The translations under genes and the position numbers were made by a program. From a virus, in the IMG/VR virus record IMGVR_UViG_3300018426_001942, positions 1 to 64,000 of that record: a stretch of DNA of 64,000 bases, one strand, 5' to 3'. Positions 1-9,400 of the stretch are shown here, piece by piece. The first letter of the stretch is position 1. The number at the start of each line of letters is the position of its first letter. Under the pieces are notes generated by a model. The model worked only from the letters and a program-made list of their open reading frames with translations. It searched no databases and was not told the origin of the DNA.

Positions 1-793
1 GCCTACTTGGTGTTATTTTTGGCGCCGTCCTGATGTGGTTGCGTATTGTGAAAAAGAATTCGCAAAAGTTGGAGAAACCGCAAGAGCCCTTGACGTCCGA
101 CTATCAATGCATCCGGGACAATTTACTGTACTTGCCTCGGATAATCCGGAAATTGTTGAGAGGAGCATAGAAGAATTTGAATATCACACCGATGTCTTGC
201 GCTGGATGGGATACGGCCGCACCTTCCAAGACTTTAAATGCAACGTACACATATCGGGTCGAAAAGGTCCACAAGGCATCATCGACGTCTTACCGAGACT
301 CTCGCCAGAAGCGCGAAACGCAATCACAATCGAAAACGACGAAATGTCTTGGGGCATTGACGCAAGCCTCGAACTTGAAAAGCATGTCGCTCTCGTATTG
401 GACATACACCACCACTGGGTTGCTAGTGGAGAATACATATCGCCCACCGACGATAGATTTTTACGTATAGTTGACAGTTGGCGTGGAGTAAGACCTGTTA
501 TTCATTACTCAGTTTCACGCGAAGATCTACTAGTAGACCATGATGATAACTCTTTACCTAATATGGATTCGCTATTAGAGCAAGGCTTTAAGAAGCAAAA
601 ACTTAGAGCACATTCTGACTTTATGTGGAATAATGCTGTTAACGACTGGGCATTAGAATTTTTAGATTACGCAGACATTATGGTCGAGTCTAAGTCTAAG
701 AATCTTGCTAGTATTGACCTATACAAATATGGTCTAGCAACAGAAGATTATAACTCAATGGCAAAAGACTTCGCAGGAAAAATATATGCATAA
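1..793 (+). CDS. uvsE: UV damage endonuclease (UVDE/UvsE), 5' end outside window
   Basis: Motifs RLSMHPGQF, NVHISG, IENDE, LVLDIHHH, HYS, RAHSD, DIMVESK; frame is open from position 2. Confidence 0.9.
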   Translation, partial: PTWCYFWRRPDVVAYCEKEFAKVGETARALDVRLSMHPGQFTVLASDNPEIVERSIEEFEYHTDVLRWMGYGRTFQDFKCNVHISGRKGPQGIIDVLPRLSPEARNAITIENDEMSWGIDASLELEKHVALVLDIHHHWVASGEYISPTDDRFLRIVDSWRGVRPVIHYSVSREDLLVDHDDNSLPNMDSLLEQGFKKQKLRAHSDFMWNNAVNDWALEFLDYADIMVESKSKNLASIDLYKYGLATEDYNSMAKDFAGKIYA

Positions 794-801
794 ATAGTTT
801 T

Positions 802-1515
802 ATGCATGAACAAATATATAATTTTTTCCAAGATCTAAGTACAACTTACAATCCAGAAACAATTTTTGCAGAATATGCAAAAGGTGAGCCTACTCCATTT
901 TATATGATAGACAACTTTTTGCCACCATGGTTGTACAATACTATTATAAATTCATTTGAAGATATCCCGGAAGAACGCTATAAAATTTTTGCTAATCAGT
1001 ATAGCGAACGAAGAGAATGTAGAAACTTTGCTGAGGCGCCTTTACTACAAACCCTTGCAAATAGTTTTAACAGTAAATTGTTTGTAGATTGGTTAGAAGT
1101 TTGTACTGGTACAGAATCTCTTGTTCCAGATCCTCACTTCTTAGGCGGTGGGTTTTGTAGAAGTAGCAGAAATACATCATTAGGATTACATACAGACTTT
1201 AATTGGAATAACGGTCTTAAATTAAATAGACAAAAGAATGCCATACTCTATCTTAACAAAGATTGGAAAGAAGAGTGGAATGGACATTTAGAATTTTGGA
1301 ACAATGAAAGAACAGAATGTGTTAAAAAAATTGCACCAAAGCCTAATAGATTAATTTTTTGGGACTATGGTTATGATTTAGTTCATGGGCATCCCGAACC
1401 TATAGAATGTCCAAAAACAATAACTAGAGATAGTTTAATACTATTCTACTATACTTCAAATGCAACATATGAGCATGATCCAAGACGTTCACAATTCTAT
1501 GAGCAAGCAGAGTAA
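802..1515 (+). CDS. 2OG-Fe(II) oxygenase (prolyl-4-hydroxylase-like)
   Basis: LGLHTD (HxD), ILYLNKDWxxEWxGHLEFW, PKPNRLIF, HGHP, RDS. Confidence 0.85.
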   Translation: MHEQIYNFFQDLSTTYNPETIFAEYAKGEPTPFYMIDNFLPPWLYNTIINSFEDIPEERYKIFANQYSERRECRNFAEAPLLQTLANSFNSKLFVDWLEVCTGTESLVPDPHFLGGGFCRSSRNTSLGLHTDFNWNNGLKLNRQKNAILYLNKDWKEEWNGHLEFWNNERTECVKKIAPKPNRLIFWDYGYDLVHGHPEPIECPKTITRDSLILFYYTSNATYEHDPRRSQFYEQAE

Positions 1516-1535
1516 ATACAGTACGGAGATAAACA

Positions 1536-1829
1536 ATGAGCTATTTAAACAAAATGTACGGAAGAAATCCGGCCCAGACCCAATCATCATCTAGCGAATC
1601 TACAAAAAATCCTAATCGTGTAACGGGCGGGTTAAAAGCCCAAGGTGTAGATACTATGGTGTTGCTGGGAGAAGATGGCTCAACTCAAGAACTTCCTACT
1701 TTACAGTATGTTCGTAGTTTGGAAGAACAGTCAAGAAAACAGCGAGCCGCTATCACTGTATTAGAGCGTAAGCTGGCTCGCTGTGAGTCTGCTATCGAAA
1801 GACTAAGTGTTAGAAATATTACTTCTTAG
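1536..1829 (+). CDS. Hypothetical protein with C-terminal coiled coil
   Basis: GGAG RBS, upstream GTAAATA motif, heptad-rich C-terminus. Confidence 0.7.
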   Translation: MSYLNKMYGRNPAQTQSSSSESTKNPNRVTGGLKAQGVDTMVLLGEDGSTQELPTLQYVRSLEEQSRKQRAAITVLERKLARCESAIERLSVRNITS

Positions 1830-2061
1830 AAAGTTTAAATACTTCGTCAACTAGGTCTGCTTTTTTCTTTCTTCTATCAATATCGACTTTATAATTTTCT
1901 TTTGCAAATGCTTCAAGTTTTTCTTTAGTCATTTTTGCTAAGTCTGCTTTTTTGACAGTAGTCTTTTTAGCTTCTGCTTTCTTTGGTGCAGGCGCAGGAG
2001 CAGGCTTTGCTACTGGCTCTGGCTGTGCAGATGAAAAAAGATTGCGTAACCAATTAAACAT
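1819..2061 (-). CDS. Small basic protein, Pro/Ala/Lys linker plus short helical tail
   Basis: GGAG RBS on minus strand; LAKMTKEKLEAFAK...KKADLVDEV resembles HeH/Rho-N type helices. Confidence 0.65.
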   Translation of the reverse strand: MFNWLRNLFSSAQPEPVAKPAPAPAPKKAEAKKTTVKKADLAKMTKEKLEAFAKENYKVDIDRRKKKADLVDEVFKLSKK

Positions 2062-2127
2062 AATTATTCTCCATAATAAAATATTTGCTTGTATATTTAC
2101 ATAAATACTCTATATAGGAGACTAATT

Positions 2128-2283
2128 ATGGTAGAAAGTTTAAAACTAAAAAAGATTGACGGACTTAGAATAGATAAGAAACCTTTTCAACCTATTAAAC
2201 TAAAGCCCGAGCAAAAACTACCTGAAGAAAAAAGGTCGATGAAAACAACTGAAAATACTAGACCAGGAGGATATAAGTTCTAA
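2128..2283 (+). CDS. Hypothetical small basic protein
   Basis: AGGAG RBS before ATG 2128; late motif at 2101. Confidence 0.55.
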   Translation: MVESLKLKKIDGLRIDKKPFQPIKLKPEQKLPEEKRSMKTTENTRPGGYKF

Positions 2284-2447
2284 TGAAAAAATGGATTATA
2301 GACAGACTAGGCGAAAGAACTTCGCTTGATGGCGCTGTACTTATTGGTGCAGGTGTAGCATTTCTTATCTTCAAACCAATTGCTAGTTTAGTTGCATACG
2401 GTGCTATTGCATACGGTGCATGGACTATCTACAAAAAAGAAGATTAA
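2283..2447 (+). CDS. Small membrane protein (54 aa), not in ORF track
   Basis: MKKWIIDRLGERTSLDGAVLIGAGVAFLIFKPIASLVAYGAIAYGAWTIYKKED; TAATG coupling. Confidence 0.7.
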   Translation: MKKWIIDRLGERTSLDGAVLIGAGVAFLIFKPIASLVAYGAIAYGAWTIYKKED

Positions 2448-2450
2448 TAA

Positions 2451-2702
2451 ATGTCTAGAGAGTATATATTGACTGTTGAAACATCTGAAAATACAAGAGA
2501 AGTATCTGAAGGTGTTACTAAAGAACTGTATAATGTTACTATTACTAAAGTAGAAACAGGACAAACTATCTCAATAGTTGATGTTGTAAGCACTTATGAT
2601 AGAGATGACTGGTGCCAAACTGTATTTGAACATGCAAAAGAAGGATTAGATCACGAAGACGGTCCTAGTTGTTGCTATGTTAATGCAAGTTACGTAGACT
2701 AA
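2451..2702 (+). CDS. Hypothetical protein
   Basis: 83-aa ORF tightly packed in operon. Confidence 0.6.
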   Translation: MSREYILTVETSENTREVSEGVTKELYNVTITKVETGQTISIVDVVSTYDRDDWCQTVFEHAKEGLDHEDGPSCCYVNASYVD

Positions 2703-2986
2703 AGTTTACTAATAGGGAGATCAGAACTAGCAGAAAATTTCCATTTCTGTTTTTGTTCTACTCCCTTTTTTTGTGCAAATTTTTTGCTATCACAATCATT
2801 ACACACATGAAAATAATTGTTGCTTAACCGCTTGGCATCCATCTTGCCTCTAGGTCTTTCAAACTCGTTATCACAGTTATCACATCTTAGCAATACATAG
2901 GTCTTATTACGTGTGTAAGGGTGCGTACGACCTAATTTTGACGTTCTCACATGTCTTGTTTGTACAACAAATTCTTTTATGAACAT
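2699..2986 (-). CDS. Small zinc-ribbon-like protein
   Basis: CDNC and CNDC pairs; ATAAATA 5 nt upstream of ATG on minus strand. Confidence 0.7.
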   Translation of the reverse strand: MFIKEFVVQTRHVRTSKLGRTHPYTRNKTYVLLRCDNCDNEFERPRGKMDAKRLSNNYFHVCNDCDSKKFAQKKGVEQKQKWKFSASSDLPISKL

Positions 2987-3046
2987 AATTATATTTATTA
3001 CATTAGGATTATAAAACTTATCGATAAATATATTAAAGGAGTACAG

Positions 3047-3421
3047 ATGTTTGTATTAAATCTTACTAAATCAGCCAAAGAAAAAATAGATGAACTATGC
3101 AATGTAGAGCCAAAACACTTTGCCGTGCATTTAGGACTGAAAGGAGGCGGTTGTGCAGGATTTGAATACGAGTGGAGCATGGTCAATAAGGAAGACGTAG
3201 GTGTAAATGACGAAATAATACCTACAAATAATGGAAATCTAGTAGTAGATGCAACTAGTTTAATGTATCTATTTGGAAGTGAAGTAGATTATTCTAAAGA
3301 TGTATTCCAGACCCAATTTGTTATTAATAATCCTAACGCTCAAAGTAGTTGCGGATGCGGCGTAAGCGTTAATTTTAATGATAACATAGAAGACAATATA
3401 CAAATTTTGGAGCTAAAATAA
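3047..3421 (+). CDS. iscA: A-type Fe-S carrier (IscA/ErpA/HesB family)
   Basis: GGGCAG and NPNA..SCGCGVS motifs; AAGGAG RBS before ATG 3047. Confidence 0.9.
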   Translation: MFVLNLTKSAKEKIDELCNVEPKHFAVHLGLKGGGCAGFEYEWSMVNKEDVGVNDEIIPTNNGNLVVDATSLMYLFGSEVDYSKDVFQTQFVINNPNAQSSCGCGVSVNFNDNIEDNIQILELK

Positions 3422-3422
3422 A

Positions 3423-6400
3423 ATGGCAAGACAAGAAGTAGACATCGGCATTGAAGGTAATGACGGAACCGGTGATAGTATTAGAGAATCGTTTCGTAAG
3501 GTAAACGAAAACTTTCAAGAGATATATGCTGTAGTAGGTAAAGGTGGACAAATAACCTTTACATTGCTTGCTGACACACCAGACAGTTTAAATCCATTTA
3601 AAGGTGACGGCGTTGATGCTTACTTGCCAATAGTATCACAAGACGGCACAGAAATTGAAATTAGAAAACTAGGCTCTGACAGCGACGAGAATCCCGCCAA
3701 TGTAGACACTATTGATGTAAGTGTTGCTACTAACGGCAAAATTATTCTAAAATTAAATAGTATAACATTACAATCAGATGCTAAACCAGTATTAGGTGGT
3801 CCATTAAATGCCGCCGGCGTTGCTATAGCAAATGTAGGAACTGAACTAGATGACGTAACTGGATTTAACAATACTCATGGTACATCTTTTTCTATCGATG
3901 ATATAGTTATTGACAAGAAGTTTGCTGACAAAAACTACATCCGTAGACAAGATCCAGGAGAAACAATTAACGTACCAGCAGAGCCTGCTGACGGATCAAG
4001 TTATACAAAAGTCTTTACAGTAAGTTTATCATCTGCGGTTGGTGTTGGGACAGCACTTATACCACAACACGGATTGACAAGAGGTTCTGATGGTGCAGCA
4101 TACATTTTTAATACTTCAGGTACAGGATTAAATTGGAGTAGAATTGATCCAGCAACTGACACCCTAGTTTCTAGCACAGACTTGGACGACAACAATCAAC
4201 TAATTTATGGTCCTTTAGAAAATGGCGATGTAGTATATCTTGGTATTTTGGACGAAAATAATATTGGATTTTTTGCTAATCCAGAAGATGCACTACTAAA
4301 TGACTCTGTAGAAAGAAATAGAAGAAGATACAAATTAACAACAACTGATTCGGCAGGTTTGAGTATTACAGACGGCGGCTTCAACGAAGACCTAGAAGGA
4401 TTTTTCTTAAGCCATCAGGTAATGCCACGTGATAGCATTGTAAGAAGACAAGGCGATACTATGGAGGGTCCGCTTACACTCCATGACCATCCAGGTGATT
4501 TAGCAGGAGCAGGAACTCCAAATGGTATTGCAGACTTACAGGCTGTATCAAAGTTATATGTAGATAGCCAATCAACAGAATCAAGTGCAAATATATTTGT
4601 TAGTGTTGTAGGTAATGATGCACAAAATGTTGCTCCTCCAGGTAAGGAAGGTAGTTCACTAGCATATGCGTATAGAACAATAGGCGCAGCAGCACGTAAG
4701 GCAGAGCAGATACAAATTGCTTCACCATTTGAACCTGGTCCTTATATGCAGGACATATTTACATCACGAGTAATAAACGAAGGCGATCCCGCTGTTGTAG
4801 AACTTTCACAAGTTACACAACGAGGCTATGCAACAGGTGCAGGTCTTGATAGTAGAGGTAACACTAAGTCACTTGTTGATGCTAACAAAAACTTTATTAT
4901 TGCTGAAGTTATAGCATGGAAAAATGAACAAATAGAAAATAAAGCTACAACTACTGTTGGAACAACTACAGTCAACTGGACAGATAGAGTTGTAAATGAT
5001 AGAGCTCTTGAACTTGATTTGAGCATAGCATTGGATGCAGCACTGTTAGATCACGTAGCAGGTACACTTGCATCAGCACTATCTACAAGGGTTGGTGTAG
5101 AGTTTTATAATGACGAATATGGTAGGTCACAAAATGGTCTACTAAAAACTGTTTATGCACATTTATTAGAGCAAGCAAGGACTATTACAGCAAGTATTAT
5201 TACAAATACACCTGTAACTCCTTCGCAAACAATTTACACACAAGAATTGATTACATTTGGTTCTAACCAGCCAGACAGCGATGACGCAGCTTCAGTAACT
5301 GGCATATCAGGTAATATGGCAATACAAAGAGATATTGTTTTGAATGGTGTGTTCTCTGCAGAGACTCCGCAGACCGGTAACAGATACGAACTATTTTTTA
5401 GTAACAGTGTTAACGGAATAAGCCAAGGTAAAGTTGACCAAGGCGATCCACAAAACAGAGATCTACGAGTAGGTAAAGTTATTAGAGGTAAGACATCTGG
5501 GGCTATTGGTAAAATTATTAGATATTTTACAGGCGATGATAACATTAACAATCCAGGATCTACTGACGATTTAGCAGAACTAGAATTGCTTACACCAGTA
5601 GAATTCACAATAGGTGAAAAACTGGAAATGGGCAACATTGTTAACAATAGACAAATCACTATTAGAATAGAAACAGGACAGTATTTTGAAGACTATCCAA
5701 TTAGAGTTCCTGCAAACGTATCACTAGTTGGTGATGAATTTAGACGAGTTATTATTCGTCCAAAAGATGAAGTTTCTCAATCACCATGGTCTGGAACATA
5801 TTTTTATAGAGATAAAGAATTTGACGGCTTAACAGGTGACAGTGATAGTGTCACAGGTGTAGCAGATCCTAACTTACCAGTAGACGGTGAAGCATATATT
5901 AATCCGCTTACAGGAGAAACAGATGGATATTTTGGTAGACATTATCTATACAACCCCAATTTACCAAAAAACGTAGACAATGGCGGCAACCTTGCTATTA
6001 CAAATCCAGGACAGTATGTAGATGCAGCTGTTTTAATTGAAAAGAACAAAGAATTTGTAATTGCAGAAGTTATTGCATTCCTTGATTTTTCAAAAGATCA
6101 AAGTAACCAAGGACAACCAGGATATACAGGATATGCAGGTGTTGTATGGGACGATCAGGCTAGAGACAGATATAGAAGAACAATAGGAAGTTTATGTGAC
6201 GCTATTGCTGCTGATTTAAGAGCAGGTGGTAGCATTAATACATTACATATCCAAGGTAGTATTTTCTTCGATGGGTTAAATTATACAAATGAGGCAACCC
6301 CAAGATACCAAAGTATTATATCAGCGGCTGATGTTATACAAAATGTAATTATAAACAATGCTTACAATAACATACTTTATGCAGCTTTTAAAGGTTCAGA

Positions 6401-9400
6401 TCATCCAACTCAATACATCAATACAAACTTGACAGGTGGTGCAGATGTCGCTGGCAATGGTAACTTAGTGTATGATATTGTTGAATTGATTAAATGGGGT
6501 AACGACGAAAGTCCAAACAATGACTGGAACCCAGCAAAACGATCAACAGCACTAGATGCTTTCTTAATGAATGATGCTACTATCCTACGTAATATGACTG
6601 TTCAAGGTCATGGCGGATTTATGTGTGTGCTAGATCCAGAAGGACAAATTCTTACTAAATCACCATATATTCAAACAGGGTCAAGTTTCTCGCAATCACT
6701 TAATAGACAAGCATTTAGAGGCGGGATGCTAGTTGATGCGTTCTGTGCTAACACTCCAGTTAAAGTTACAAGTGTTGAAGCTAACGGATTTGAGCTATTA
6801 GTTACAGCAGACCCAGGAAGCGGTTTGTCTATTAGAAAGCCGCAAACACCTTGCCCATTTTATATTAATGGTATTAGATATCAGGTAAACGATGTTACTG
6901 ATTACAATGACGGTGGTGCATTACTTGCTCCAACAGCAAGATTAATACTTGACTCAACTTCTGGACCAGTAAGTGACGCAAACCCAGATATTAACATAGG
7001 TTGGGATGAAGTTGAACTACCTATACCAGGCGGCGGCTATGCTATAACACTTCAAACAGCGGGTAACAGATCTCAGCTAGGTAACGACTTTACACAAGTT
7101 AACGACTTAGGTTATGGGCTTGTTACTATTAACGGCGGATTGAGTGAAATGGTTAGTATGTTTACATACTACTGTCATACAGCATACTATGCAGGTAATG
7201 GTGGACAAATTAGATCATTAAACGGTTCTAACGCAAATGGTGTATATGGACTTGTTTCACAAGGTAGTGACCCTAACGAAGTACCAGACAATGTTGTTCT
7301 TAAGAATGACATGGTACAGTCAGCAAAAACATTTAGTGCTGTTACAGTTCTTGAACTTACAGCAAATTTAAGTGTAACGGCAGGCGATGCTATTGCTAAT
7401 GCTGGTTCTACACCAAGTGCAAGCGGCGAATCAGTTTTTGCAACAGTAGGCAAGAAACTATATCTTGATACTACATCAGGAAGTTTTACACCTGGCGATA
7501 GTATCTTTGTAAATGGTGTAGACTCGGGTGTTGATATTGCTCTTAATGGAGTAGATACAACTGGTTACACTAACGTAGCAACACAACTTAGTATGCACGT
7601 ATACGATTTAGAACATATTCCTACTAATAAAGGTGAAATAGATTATTACCATGATGATGATCCTGTATCACCTTTAAATAGAATAGGACGTTATGAGCTT
7701 GCAAACATTCAAACAATGAATGGTATTTTAGTTGACGGTTATACATTAGACAACACAGAGTATGTTTTTAATCCTGTAGCAAGAACAACAAATGTAAATG
7801 GAGTAGTAGGTAATGATGAAAGCGATCCTGTTACAGAAACTACAGAAGCTGTTATAGTTATATCTAAATCTCAACAAACTGTAAACGGACAATCAGGAAT
7901 TTATAAAGTTAATATATTTGGTACAGAACGTGGAGATCACTACAAGATTGGTGACACGTTTACAATATCAGGAACGCAACTAGGTGGTGTAAGTCCTACA
8001 CATGATGCAACAGTAACAGTAACAGAAATTAACCGTAGCACAGTAAACATTGATAACGGTATCCAAACAGGAAGCATTAGACGTATGTCAATTAGTGGTG
8101 CTATTAATATTATTCCTAACTTTACACCTCAGCGAGATGGACAAGTTTATAAACTTAACTTTAGTACATCAAATGACCAGTTCGATAACGATGGATTATT
8201 CCAGGATATTCCAGTTAACCAACCTGTCGATATTAGGCAAAACCAAACACACTTATTTAGAGATATCGAAAGTGTAGGTAGTTTAACAATTAGACCTAGT
8301 ACGGCTGTAAACTTCGACGATGATCCATTAGATACTTATAGATCAATTAGTTTTGGAGTAAACGATAGTGCAGGTGGATTACTTTTAGATGACGAATCTT
8401 TAACAGGCTTTGACGCAACATATGATTTTGTACAACTTTTAATTAACGATAGTTATAAAAACTTAGCAGGGTCTACATTGTCAGTTCCATCTAGTTCAAC
8501 AACTCTAGGCGGAACACAAGGCGACACTACTATTGCGATTGAACGACTTTCAGAATTAAAAGATATATTTAAATTAAATAACAACTTTGATACAGATGCA
8601 CAATTCCAAACTATTCCGGCAGACGACACTGGTAGAGACTATACTATAACATATGAATTACCCAAAGTTATTTCTTGGCGTGGTAAAAAACATATTGTTT
8701 ATAACTATAGAGAAGTAAAAGTTGAAAGTGGTAATCACAACATAAAAACAACTTTCTCAGAAGAAAACACCTATGCGGTAGTTGACTTAAAAGAAATTGA
8801 AGAAGTTAAACTTACTCTAAATGACTATGGCTCTTGGGAAAGAGATGTTTTCTACAATCTAGCACAAAGATCTGTTCTTGTTAGACAAGTTGGTAATACT
8901 TCAGCAAGCGGTAAAGTTAAAGTAGCACAATTCAATGAAAATGTATTAGACTTATATGACTGGTCAGGCGTAAACTTTAATACAACTGGTGCATTAGAAA
9001 TCAGTATTGACAATGGCGCAACTTATACAACTATGACTGACCTGGCTACAAATTCTGTAAATCTTGTTCCAACACTAGTTGAAATTAGAGACACAAACGT
9101 TACAGGTGTAGCATCGGGTATTTCACAACCACTTAGCCAAGGCTTTAATAGTGTAATTGCTCTTAGAGCAGGATTACAAGACGGTGCTCCAGCAAAAATT
9201 ACTATACAAATTAGTACATGTAGAGCTACAGGACACGACTTCCTAGACATAGGTACAGGTTCATTTAACCAAACAAACTATCCAAATGTTATTTTAGGTT
9301 TCCCAGCAAGAGAAGCTGTACAAGATAATGAAATACAAGAACGTAACAAAGGTAGAGTGTTCTTTGTAAGTACTGACCAAGATGGTTTCTTCCGTGTTGG

